Assembly: GCA_963808975.1 (NCBI GenBank) | Contig: CAWEHR010000006.1 | Span: 222,394 to 286,393 of the forward strand | Direction of reading: 5' to 3' | Length of the DNA: 64,000 nt | DNA from: an uncultured Gammaproteobacteria bacterium | GTDB taxonomy: Bacteria > Pseudomonadota > Gammaproteobacteria > Pseudomonadales > JAHEGP01 | Shown: positions 1 through 9,291 of the stretch, in pieces | How the letters are laid out: every line of letters starts with the position of its first letter | Position numbering within the stretch: position 1 is the first letter of the stretch | Program-made: the position numbers and the translations under genes | Notes under the pieces: model-generated | What the model was told of the DNA's origin: nothing | The model's database searches: none | What the model saw: only the letters and a program-made list of their open reading frames with translations

Positions 1-1
1 C

Positions 2-85
2 AATATCAAGGGTTACTGGGACTATTATCACTCGAATAAGCCGGGCGGCTGGAATGCCTGGTTAACCCTGGTGCTTCCGCTGTGA
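2..85 (+). CDS. 3' end of an unidentified CDS entering from the left edge (C-terminus NIKGYWDYYHSNKPGGWNAWLTLVLPL*)
   Basis: Frame is open from the window edge to TGA at 83-85 (own translation). It is not in the ORF track because it has no start in the window. No family recognised. Confidence 0.3.
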   Translation, partial: NIKGYWDYYHSNKPGGWNAWLTLVLPL

Positions 86-213
86 AACCAAACGACCCGG
101 GGTCAGCGCCCAAAAACCAAATCGGTCTCAGTAATAGGCCACCCCGCACTGCCTGGCTGCTGGCGTCATCTGCCCGCGCAGGCCGCACACGCAGTAATTG
201 TGCTGGTCAGGCC

Positions 214-1638
214 TCAGCTCTCCCGGCCCGAGGGTCTTGCGTATTTGTCGTTGAGGGATTGCACGAAGCCATCGGCATCCGCCAATACCCTTTCGAGTTG
301 CCGCTTGCGCCGCCAGTTCCAGCCCCTGGGCCGGGATGAAGCCAGCACGTCCCACCAGGCCTTGAGGTCCCAGGAGAAAGCGCTGGCCAGTTTTTCCCGG
401 TCCGGCCCCAGCGACTCCGAGCGCTTGATGCCCCGCAATACCGATTGCCCGGCCCAGTGGCGTAGCTGGGAAAAGATGAGCCATACCGCGACCAGCGCCG
501 CAGCAGTGATACCGATCTGTAACTCAGGTTTCAAACTGGCGAAGGGCTCAAGACGCAAGCCCTGCCAGTGTCCGCCCTGCCAACTCCACCAGGCAAACCC
601 GGCGCCGATCGCACCGAATACGGCGATATTGAGCCACAGGGTACGGCGCCGCCAGGCGCTGCGCGCGTCGGCCAACCGGGGTACCAGTGCGTCACGAATA
701 TGCTTGGCGGTTTTCTCCAGTACCCCGACCACCCGGTAGGAGCGCTCGACCTCGACCTGGCGAATGCGATCCTCGATCTCGGCGATATCCTGGTCGCGTT
801 TTCTCTCCATGCGTTCGCGCATTGCCGCGTCCTCGGTGGGGAGTTCGGCACTGCGGGAGTAGATACGGTAGAAGCGCCCGGCGGTCAGCCCCTGTTGCGC
901 CAGGGCCCGCTGCCAGGCCGCCACCACATCCTCGGGGTTGTCTTCCCGGGCCGCCGAATCGATCTGGTTGAGGATATAGAGGAATTTGCTCGCGTCAGGC
1001 CGATTCACGGTGCGTGCAACCAGGTGTTCCAGGGTGTCTCCCATCGCCCCCGGCTCGGGGTGGCGGGCGTCGAAAAATACCAGCACCAGGTCTGAGAGGT
1101 CGATGATGTGTTCGGTAATCGCAAGCGTTGAAGTGCGCTGGCGGTCGGCGTCGAAACCGGGGGAGTCGATGACGATCTTGCCGCGCAGTGATTCCGCCTT
1201 CGCCGTTTTGAGCTGCAGGTAGGAGTCGATGCGCCTGCCCTCGCCCTCGGCTACCTGGTCGATATTGCGGCTGATCTGGTAAAACGGGAAGCGCGGGTCG
1301 CTGTCCAGGGCAAGCCCGGGCAGGGCAGCACTGGCGTCGCCGGTGCCGTAGCAGATGACGGTAAATTTGTCGTCTACCGCCTGGTTGCCGGTGCGTTGCA
1401 GATCCTGCCCGACGTATTGATTCAGAAAGGTCGATTTGCCCGCGGAGAAGGTCCCCAGCACGGAGATGACCGGCCACCAGGAAACCTGGTTGGCGAAGGA
1501 TTCGTCAGCTTCCGCAAGCCCGAGGCCGCAGGCGATTCGATCCAGTTTGCGGAAGCTGTCCACGCAGCCGGATAGAATCGGGTTTTCCTGCTTGAGGTGC
1601 TTTTCAAGCCGCTTGATACGCTCTTTGGTCGGATTCAT
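214..1638 (-). CDS. Dynamin-family (bacterial dynamin-like) GTPase with C-terminal transmembrane hairpin
   Basis: ORF 214..1662. P-loop GTFSAGKSTFLN, then DSPG and a later IDSA segment typical of dynamin-like large GTPases. Two hydrophobic segments near the C-terminus (IAVFGAIGAGFAWWSW, ITAAALVAVWLIF). ATG at 1638 (MNPTKER) preferred over the GTG at 1662; start is uncertain. Confidence 0.75.
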   Translation of the reverse strand: MNPTKERIKRLEKHLKQENPILSGCVDSFRKLDRIACGLGLAEADESFANQVSWWPVISVLGTFSAGKSTFLNQYVGQDLQRTGNQAVDDKFTVICYGTGDASAALPGLALDSDPRFPFYQISRNIDQVAEGEGRRIDSYLQLKTAKAESLRGKIVIDSPGFDADRQRTSTLAITEHIIDLSDLVLVFFDARHPEPGAMGDTLEHLVARTVNRPDASKFLYILNQIDSAAREDNPEDVVAAWQRALAQQGLTAGRFYRIYSRSAELPTEDAAMRERMERKRDQDIAEIEDRIRQVEVERSYRVVGVLEKTAKHIRDALVPRLADARSAWRRRTLWLNIAVFGAIGAGFAWWSWQGGHWQGLRLEPFASLKPELQIGITAAALVAVWLIFSQLRHWAGQSVLRGIKRSESLGPDREKLASAFSWDLKAWWDVLASSRPRGWNWRRKRQLERVLADADGFVQSLNDKYARPSGRES

Positions 1639-1913
1639 TGCTTTGCTACGCCTTCTGGTCACGGGTAAGTCAAATATAGAGGCCGCTGGTGGGCATGTCC
1701 AAGGTTGCCCCGGGCAGTGGATGACGAGTTAATTTGCCTTCATCCCATCTTTTAGCGCATGGATCGGCTTGCACGTATTTCAGTTGCGGATGTTGATTGA
1801 TATGCTTGCTCCGCTTGAGTGGCGCTGTTGCCCTTTGCTGGTAGCGTGCAACACGCCCCTGGGGCGACACGACACGATAAAAACCCAAAGCGAGGTCACT
1901 GGTATGGAGGTTT

Positions 1914-3380
1914 ATGATGGGCGCGGTTAGAGCCATTTCGGCGGCACTGGTTTCACTATTCCTGCTCGCCTGCAGTCACCCGATTGAAATCGTCGGTGAG
2001 GGGGATGTCCTGTCCGCATCGGGTGATCGCGATTGCTACCTGGAGGACTATAAGGCGGGGTCAGACAGTTGCAGGAAGAATATGGTGGTTTACGCCTACC
2101 GAGAGACCTATTTTGCCGTTGCCCGGGAAGATGACGGCTGGGAATTCTCGCATTGGGAGAATTGCTTTACTGGCGCTACCAGCAATGAATGCAGCTTCGA
2201 TGTCCCCGCCGGTACTGTCAAGGACAACTGGGGCGCTTCGGTTGCGCCGCTGAAGGCGGTGTTCACCAAGAAGAACGCGCCCCCTCCACCACCGGTTGCC
2301 GTCTACAGTTACTCGGTTGATGCATTGGGCAGGCTGGTTGCACCACTGCCCCTGAAAGACGCCCGGCTAGAGCGCAGGAGCGTGTATTTCGGTTTTACCA
2401 ACGCCACAGCCTCGCCGCGAATCAGCTTCTGGTGCTGCAAGGTGCCCGCCGGCATTGAAGCGCATATGCCGAGGTTCGATGATACCAAAGCGCCGTTTGT
2501 GCTGAAGGTCGATCTCGGTGCACTGCCCGATGACAATGGTCTTGCCCGTGAAATGTATGCCGATATCTTTGCCGCAGATCGCAGCTACAAGGGCTACAGC
2601 ACCCTGTGGCAACTGCAGCCACCGCCCACCGACACCGTCGTGTTCGATGATGGCAAGGCGCATACAATCGATTACACGTTGACCCAGGCACTTCGTGTTA
2701 CCGGCAATGGCACAATCGCAAACCTCTACCAGGGGGCCAATATACCGGCTGGCGCGTTAGCCACCGATGGCGCCACCGCCAACATTTACGGCGGTACCAT
2801 CGACTCGGTGTTTAGCCAGGCCGGGAGCTCGGTCAATGTATCCGGGGGCAAGATCTCACGCCTGGTTTCGAGCGTATCCAGCTCATTGTCCGTATCCGGC
2901 GGCAAAATAGCTTCGATCGATTCGGTAGTGGGCTCAAGGGCGAGTATCAGTGGCGGTGAAATTGGCAGGTTTTTCCAGGAGGCCAGGGAGGCCAGCATAT
3001 CCGGCGGCACATTTTTGCAGGAGGTCGTGGCGATAGCGGGTAGCCTGGAAATTACCGGCGGCGTTTTCCGTGGCGGGGTCGCCGACGATTACCTGAATGA
3101 CTCTTCGATTGCGATAAAAGGAGGCGAGTTCAAGTCGGAATTTCGTTACAACTACAATTCCTTTGGCAAGGCCTCGCCGTTCACTTTTTACGGTGATCTG
3201 TCGATGACCAAGCCGGTGCGGGTAGGCGAGGGCCAGTACGAATCCTATATCACCGGTACCCTGCAGGAGGGGGACGTGATCTCGCAAAAAATCACCTGTT
3301 TCGATTTTTCCGCCGGGCAGGGTGACGCGCCTCCGTGCAGCGGTGTGGCGATTGTCAAGACGGCCGTTGTGCGGCAGTGA
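1914..3380 (+). CDS. Cys-rich lipoprotein, paralogue 1, with C-terminal xSGGxI repeat region (function unknown)
   Basis: GGAGG 6 nt upstream of ATG. Lipobox LLAC|SHP. The N-terminal about 110 aa aligns by eye with ORF 3636..5114. Poly-Pro linker, WCCKVP motif, then roughly 20-aa periodic (V/I)SGGxI repeats. Confidence 0.8.
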   Translation: MMGAVRAISAALVSLFLLACSHPIEIVGEGDVLSASGDRDCYLEDYKAGSDSCRKNMVVYAYRETYFAVAREDDGWEFSHWENCFTGATSNECSFDVPAGTVKDNWGASVAPLKAVFTKKNAPPPPPVAVYSYSVDALGRLVAPLPLKDARLERRSVYFGFTNATASPRISFWCCKVPAGIEAHMPRFDDTKAPFVLKVDLGALPDDNGLAREMYADIFAADRSYKGYSTLWQLQPPPTDTVVFDDGKAHTIDYTLTQALRVTGNGTIANLYQGANIPAGALATDGATANIYGGTIDSVFSQAGSSVNVSGGKISRLVSSVSSSLSVSGGKIASIDSVVGSRASISGGEIGRFFQEAREASISGGTFLQEVVAIAGSLEITGGVFRGGVADDYLNDSSIAIKGGEFKSEFRYNYNSFGKASPFTFYGDLSMTKPVRVGEGQYESYITGTLQEGDVISQKITCFDFSAGQGDAPPCSGVAIVKTAVVRQ

Positions 3381-3635
3381 TGGTCAATGCTGTTGTAAGT
3401 GCCTACTAGCCACCGGTGCGGCATGTTTCTCCGGGACTGGTCGTCCGCGCAGCGCCGGATGCCCTCCCTGCCCTGTGCTTGCGAGCCCGGCAGGCAAGGG
3501 CTTCCTGGGGAAACAAACCACTTCGGGGACCGCCCCATGGTCGCCGTTCCCGCCATTGATTCAGGTCAAAGCATTCCCCTCACCAATCCCGCATAGTGAT
3601 CAGGTTGATAGACATTCACGATAGGGCGCGGTGCT

Positions 3636-5114
3636 ATGGATGACTCAAGTATGCCTTGCTGGCACGGTATGCTGGCTCTGTGCGCTGCCGTCATGCTCGC
3701 AGCCTGCACTCATCCGCTTGAAATCATTGGAGAGGGTGATATCTACTCCGCATCGGGCGATCGCAACTGTTACCTGGAGGACTTCAGGGCCGGGGCAGAC
3801 AGTTGCCAAAAGAATCTGGTTGTCACTGACTATGTTGAGACCTATTACGGCGTCGCACGGGAAGAGGACGGCTGGGAATTCTCCCACTGGGAAAACTGTT
3901 TTACTGGCGCGGACGCGACAGTCAATGAATGCAGCTTCAATGTAGACGCTGCTGCCGTTCGCAAGGCATGGGGAGCGACCGTGCCGCCGCTGGTGGCGGT
4001 ATTTCAGCAGCAGAACCCAACGCCCGAGCCAGTTGCAGTATACAGTTACGCCATTGATGGCGATGGCGAGTTGATCGACCCCTTGCCTCTAGCCGATGCC
4101 CACCTCGAGCGCAAGGTGGCCTATTTCAGTTTTCCCGGTGATTTCGTCCGTGCGAACTTCTGGTGCTGTAAGGTGCCGGATGGTGGAGAAGCGCATGCCG
4201 AGAAAGTGGAGGACAGGGTGCCGCCACTGGTCCTGCAGGTTGACCTGGCGGCCCTTCCCGATGACGCTGGCTTGCAGCGCGAATTGTATGCAGACCTGTT
4301 CACCAGCGCCACCGAGTATACCGGCCATTCGGTTTACTGGACTCTTGCACGCCCCGAGACTGGCCCTGTTCTGTTCAACGATGGTGGAGATCACCTGATC
4401 GACTTCGACATCAGCACCGGCCTTCGTGTAGAGAACGGTACGTCGGTCACCATCGCCCCCGGTGTCATCATATCTTCGGTTACCCTCTACGGTTCAAATT
4501 TGACGAACAATGGCGGCGAACTGTCCTCGGTCTCATTGCACAAGGATTCCTTGATGACGGTCAATGGCGGCGCTGTCGGCGTCGCAAACGCCGACACAGG
4601 TAGCGGGGTCATCATGAACGATGGCGTTATTGGCAAGGTTGAACTGATTGACGCGTGCGGTGGGTTCAAGATGATCGGCGGAAGAATCGGCCAGTTATCC
4701 GCTCTTTTTGAATGCTCGCCAGTGTCGATAGAGGGTGGTAGCGTCGGTGAATTTGACACTTACGATGCGGACATAGCTATTTCCGGAGGAGAATTTGGCC
4801 CGATCAAGTTGTGTTGCGATACCGGTTTCGGAATTCGGGGCGGTCACTTCACTGTGAGCTTGCTTGTGGACTCCCATTCCTTCGGCAGTATCAGCGGAGG
4901 AACCTTTGCCTCCACTGTTGATGTTGGTTCGATTTCCTATTTGGTTTTCCACGGTGAGCTGACACTCGGCGAGGCTTTAAGAGATGACGCGGAATACCCC
5001 TTTAATTTTAGCCGGCAGGTCAGTGGCACGCTCGAGGACGGCACACCCATAGACCTGCGTGTTCGTTGTCAAGACATGTGCGAGCAAGTGTACGTCGCAC
5101 AAAGCACAAACTGA
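3636..5114 (+). CDS. Cys-rich lipoprotein, paralogue 2 (function unknown)
   Basis: Lipobox MLAAC|THP. Shares CxHPxEIxGEGD..SASGDRxCYLED..DSCxKN..DGWEFSHWENCFTG..NECSF and WCCKVP blocks with the preceding gene. GG-containing repeats in the C-terminal half. Confidence 0.8.
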   Translation: MDDSSMPCWHGMLALCAAVMLAACTHPLEIIGEGDIYSASGDRNCYLEDFRAGADSCQKNLVVTDYVETYYGVAREEDGWEFSHWENCFTGADATVNECSFNVDAAAVRKAWGATVPPLVAVFQQQNPTPEPVAVYSYAIDGDGELIDPLPLADAHLERKVAYFSFPGDFVRANFWCCKVPDGGEAHAEKVEDRVPPLVLQVDLAALPDDAGLQRELYADLFTSATEYTGHSVYWTLARPETGPVLFNDGGDHLIDFDISTGLRVENGTSVTIAPGVIISSVTLYGSNLTNNGGELSSVSLHKDSLMTVNGGAVGVANADTGSGVIMNDGVIGKVELIDACGGFKMIGGRIGQLSALFECSPVSIEGGSVGEFDTYDADIAISGGEFGPIKLCCDTGFGIRGGHFTVSLLVDSHSFGSISGGTFASTVDVGSISYLVFHGELTLGEALRDDAEYPFNFSRQVSGTLEDGTPIDLRVRCQDMCEQVYVAQSTN

Positions 5115-5414
5115 CCCCGGTCCATTGGGATATGAGACGGTAAAATTCCATCATTGAAGCCGGTGGATGAGCGCGGACAACAGCGCAGCAGTCGAGTGCC
5201 CTGGCCCCACGGCAGGTGTGTTAACGAATGCGCCACAGTTGATACTTTCTCTGCGGCCCTGCCGGTGCTTGCGGGACCGGTGCCAAGGTGTTAATTTCAG
5301 CGGACGATGACAGAGGGTGTCTTTGCCTCGTATTGCGGCAACGCAGTTCCAGTTCGGACGCGCTTGAAAGCACTCGGTTGAAATTACCCGACTAATAATA
5401 ACAGTGAGAATCCA

Positions 5415-6200
5415 GTGGTCGAATGGGTTTACGAACTTGACATCAGAACCCTCGCCACCTGGGTGGCGTTGATCTTTGTCGGTTACTGCTGGATCGGGGG
5501 AACGATATTTCGTCCGTTGTTGCGTCCGTTTGTGCGGTCGCGCAGCGGGGGCAACGATATCATTGGCCATGTTCTCTCGTCCTTCGGGGTATTCTACGGG
5601 CTGCTGCTGGGTCTTATCGCGGTGGCTGCCTATCAGAATTTCAGCCGGGTTGAGGCCAATGTGGCGAGGGAGGTCGCCTCGCTGGAAACGCTCCACGAGG
5701 ATGTATCCGTTTTTCCAGAACCCCATGGCCAGAACCTGCGCTGGTTATTGCGCGACTACTGTCGCTATGTGATCAAATACGGCTGGCCGGCCTACCAGGA
5801 AGGAAAAGTGCCCCAGGGGGGCAGCGTCAGGATCAGGGCATTCCAGGAGAGAATGCTCGCATTCGAACCGCAGACCCGGGTTCAGGAGTTGGTTTTTGCG
5901 GAATCGCTGCGTCAGTTCAACGTGTTCATGGAGCACCAGCGAGTTCGTGAGCAGTCAGTCAATACCGGCATCCCCAGTATCATGTGGTACGTGGTTATCG
6001 TCGGGGCGTTCCTCAATATTGGTCTGCTGTGGCTGTTCGATATGCGCTTCGTGACTTTCCTGTTTCTCGGCGGAGTGCTGTCTTTCTTTCTGGGTACAAT
6101 GATTTTGCTGATTGCGGTGATGGACAACCCGTTCCGCGGTGCGGTGAGTATTTCTGTCGAACCTTTTGAGCGCTTGTATTGGTCCAATATGCGGGATTAG
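5415..6200 (+). CDS. DUF4239-like membrane protein
   Basis: 261-aa ORF with two N-terminal and two C-terminal TM segments flanking a soluble core. Ends ...DNPFRG, as I recall for DUF4239. GTG start inferred. Confidence 0.65.
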   Translation: MVEWVYELDIRTLATWVALIFVGYCWIGGTIFRPLLRPFVRSRSGGNDIIGHVLSSFGVFYGLLLGLIAVAAYQNFSRVEANVAREVASLETLHEDVSVFPEPHGQNLRWLLRDYCRYVIKYGWPAYQEGKVPQGGSVRIRAFQERMLAFEPQTRVQELVFAESLRQFNVFMEHQRVREQSVNTGIPSIMWYVVIVGAFLNIGLLWLFDMRFVTFLFLGGVLSFFLGTMILLIAVMDNPFRGAVSISVEPFERLYWSNMRD

Positions 6201-6207
6201 GGGATTC

Positions 6208-6894
6208 ATGGCCAAATTCTCAGTGCATGAGCTTGAAGGTGTGTTTTACGTCGATGTAGAACTCGAAGACGAGATGCTGCGGGCGGAAGCGGGCGCGATG
6301 TCTTACCTGTCGGGCGAGGTTGCAATCCATTCCCGGTTGATTCCCTCCCTGCCGGGGGCGATCAAGTCGATGCTTGCCCAGCAGGCGATTTATAGACCGA
6401 CCTATACCGGCACCGGCGTGGTTACGCTGCAGTCGTCACTCGGCGGTTTCCATATTATGACCATGGACGACGAGAGTTGGATACTGGAGCGCGGCATCTA
6501 CTGGGCGTCGGAGGGCAGCGTCGACGTCAGCTATCACCGGGTCGACTTCTGGACCGCGTTTCGCGCCCGCGAGCCACTTATTTACCTGCAAACCAAGGTC
6601 TCGGGGAGTGGCACCGTGGCCATGCGCACGCGCGGCCCCATCGAGGAAGTAGTACTTGGCGAAGGGCAGCGTATCGCCGTTGATGGCAAGAGTATTATCG
6701 GCTGGGAGTCCCATGTGCGCTTCCGGATACGACGGCCGACGGAAAATTTCCTGGGTAAGTTTACCGTCGGCCAGGGGCGCCTGCGGGTATTTCACGGTCC
6801 CGGGCGTGTACTACTTAATCCAGCGCCCTACTGGCGTTATCGAATATTCGCCGGCCCAGAAGAAGACTATTCAGTGGTCCACTATTCAGAGTAG
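6208..6894 (+). CDS. AIM24 (DUF124) family protein
   Basis: Start MAKFSV at 6208, 7 nt after the upstream stop. Beta-rich sequence with EAGAMSYLSGEV and GSGTVAMRTRG segments typical of AIM24/TIGR00266. Confidence 0.75.
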   Translation: MAKFSVHELEGVFYVDVELEDEMLRAEAGAMSYLSGEVAIHSRLIPSLPGAIKSMLAQQAIYRPTYTGTGVVTLQSSLGGFHIMTMDDESWILERGIYWASEGSVDVSYHRVDFWTAFRAREPLIYLQTKVSGSGTVAMRTRGPIEEVVLGEGQRIAVDGKSIIGWESHVRFRIRRPTENFLGKFTVGQGRLRVFHGPGRVLLNPAPYWRYRIFAGPEEDYSVVHYSE

Positions 6895-7050
6895 ATTCCA
6901 TGCCGTGCGCCTGGCAGCGACAATAAAAAGGCCTCCAGGCCCGAGCACAGCGACAGACATTGCAGCGCTGTCGCCGTTATTGCCACTATCCTTGGCGGAA
7001 TGCGATCCCTGAATTAAGCCAGGGCTACGCAAGAAACCATGCCGTTCTGG

Positions 7051-8085
7051 TTAGCAGGGTGCGCGACAGAACCGGGCTATGCTTGCGGCAGTCTCGCGAC
7101 TGATATCCGGACACGCGACGGCAAAAATTTCGGTGCCGTGAATGGTGCCCATCATCTGGCGACACCTGGCATTGACGCCTGAGCGCAGCAACAGGCGGTA
7201 GAAGGCGATGCCCTCGTCGAGCAGGGGGTCACACTCGTTCACACTGATCACACACGGCGGCAGCCCGCTGACGTCATCCTCAGTGGCAAATGCTGGCCAC
7301 GCGAGGGGGTTAGCATTGTTGAACTCCTCGATACCATAGGCCATGGCGCCTCGATTATTATGCAGGTCGATCAACAGGCCGTTGTTTTCGAACGACGAGG
7401 GGTATTTATCCTGTGGCCAGGCGCCGGCGATATAGGGGCACAGGGCGTACAGCCCGCTGATCAGGTCCAGGTCGTCATCCTGTTTCAGTTTCAATCCGGT
7501 CGCCAGTGTCAGGTTGCCGCCGCCACTCTCACCGGCAACGATCAGCCTGGTGGCATCGATATTAAGGTTAGCGGCCTCTGCCGCCAGCCATTTGAGGCCG
7601 GAAATACAGTCATTGAGTCCGGCGGGAAACGGTGCAACTTCGGGTGCGGAGGACGGCACCAGGCAGTTGCGAAAATCCACCATCGCCACGGCGACTCCCT
7701 GTTGCGCGATCATGCGTCCCCAGGCCCGGTACAGGCCGTAGAAGCATGACATTGCCTGCATGCCGCCGCCGTGGATATAGTAAACGCAGGGCAACGGTTC
7801 GGTTGATTGGGGTCGGATCAAACGCAGCTTGATGGTGTTGCCATCGGGTTGGGAGATGAACTCGACGGTCGAGGTTTCCAGCCCGTCGCTGGGCGCTACC
7901 TCCTCGGTGTCTACCAGCTCGAACAGGGCTTCCAGTTGCAGGCGGCGCTCGATCGCTTCAGGCGTGTTCGCCGCTTCGAGCAATTGCTCACGTGATTCGA
8001 CGTCCGGCAACGGCACGGCCGGCAAGGCGTCCATCACGGCCTTTATCCGCGGATCGATGCGTGGGTCATCGAGCATTTTCGACAT
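7051..8085 (-). CDS. Alpha/beta hydrolase, family IV (HSL-like) esterase/lipase
   Basis: Oxyanion motif HGGG (YYIHGGGM), nucleophile elbow GESGGG, C-terminal HGT. 344 aa. Confidence 0.9.
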   Translation of the reverse strand: MSKMLDDPRIDPRIKAVMDALPAVPLPDVESREQLLEAANTPEAIERRLQLEALFELVDTEEVAPSDGLETSTVEFISQPDGNTIKLRLIRPQSTEPLPCVYYIHGGGMQAMSCFYGLYRAWGRMIAQQGVAVAMVDFRNCLVPSSAPEVAPFPAGLNDCISGLKWLAAEAANLNIDATRLIVAGESGGGNLTLATGLKLKQDDDLDLISGLYALCPYIAGAWPQDKYPSSFENNGLLIDLHNNRGAMAYGIEEFNNANPLAWPAFATEDDVSGLPPCVISVNECDPLLDEGIAFYRLLLRSGVNARCRQMMGTIHGTEIFAVACPDISRETAASIARFCRAPC

Positions 8086-8195
8086 GATTCAGCCACCTCC
8101 TGAAAGCGGGGCAGTAACCCCGAAGCAGGCGAGAGTATACATCGAGTGACTCGCGGCTGCGAAACAACGATGATACCTGTGCCCGGCATGCTGCG

Positions 8196-8233
8196 GCGCA
8201 AAGGCGCAAAGGCGCAAAGGCGCAAAGGCGCGA
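8196..8233. repeat. Octanucleotide tandem repeat (GCGCAAAG) x4 plus a partial unit
   Basis: Read directly: gcgcaaag gcgcaaag gcgcaaag gcgcaaag gcgcga. Lies about 110 bp upstream of the esterase start codon. Confidence 0.95.
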
Positions 8234-8507
8234 TGGGGCCAGCCCTGGGTGATTGCAGCGCTGCTGTGGGGTGCTGACCAGTTTTGTACATCGCCTGGTT
8301 CCGCGCTCGCGCGGCGTCGAACCGGTCGGTTCTCGCCGCAGCAAACTTTCCAGTACCAAAAAGGTCCACCCTGACAGGCAGCTCGTCAACTACTCGTTAA
8401 CTGTGGCTGATGCCCGGTGGGGCCAGCGAGTTATTGTTGGCACTGATCATCGGTACCGATCATCAGTACCGATGCGTGAATCAGGTTGCAATGTGCTGAT
8501 CCCAGAT

Positions 8508-8640
8508 TCACTCCGTGCCGCGCTGGACCTTACGCCACTCCCGCGGCGGCATGCCGGACCAGCGTTTGAAGTGACGGCTGAAAACAGCAACCTCGGCGTA
8601 TCCCAGCCGCAGTGCAAGGTCGGTTATGCCTGAGGCACGC
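8508..8640 (-). pseudogene. 3' remnant of an AraC-family regulator (second HTH only)
   Basis: Own minus-strand translation: ...GITDLALRLGYAEVAVFSRHFKRWSGMPPREWRKVQRGTE*, stop at 8508-8510. There is no upstream DNA-binding or ligand domain; homology ends near 8640. Confidence 0.7.
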
Positions 8641-9185
8641 GGTGCAGCACTTCGGTGGCCTGGATATCATCATCAACAACGCCGGCATTGGCTTCCCCAA
8701 GCCGCTGATAGGGCAAGATCCGTTCGCGGATTTCGAAGGCGTGACTGCGGTCAACCAGAAGGGCGTTTATTACGGCATCCGGGCTGCCGCTAGACTGTTT
8801 CGGGAGCGGGGTACGTCGGGCGTGATCATCAACACGTCCTCGGTCTTTGGACAGATGGCGTCGGAGCTCAGTTTTACCTACAACGTCAGCAAGGCCGCTG
8901 TCGACATGATGACCAAATGCGCCGCGCTGGAGCTGGGGCCGCTCAATATGCGGGTTTGCGCCGTGGCGCCAGGGCGGGTCGACACGCCATTGCTGCGCAA
9001 GTACGAGGAACTGGGTTTGTGGGAGCACATCCGGCGTGAACAGATGCGAGACCTTCAACCAGCCCGAGGAGATTGCCAGCGTGGTGGCGTTTCTGGCCAG
9101 CGCTGAGGCGAACTGCATCAACGGGTGTACCGTGAACGCTGACGACGGTTTCAGCAATTTCAAGTATCCACTGTTGGCAAACTGA
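8641..9185 (+). pseudogene. 5'-truncated and frameshifted classical SDR
   Basis: ORF 8612..9106 starts inside the SDR fold at FGGLDIIINNAGI and has YNVSKAA (YxxxK). The TGxxxGxG Rossmann N-terminus is absent. The conserved tail PEEIASVVAFLASAEANCINGCTVNADDG is in another frame (switch near 9061-9068) and ends at TGA 9183-9185. Confidence 0.75.
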
Positions 9186-9291
9186 TTCGATCTACAGTTG
9201 TTTAACCCATGACAAACCGCGTTATTTCAAGCCCCGGGCGGGGTCGGGCTGGCATTCGAATAAATTGGCGTGCGCGGTTGTATTATCCGGG

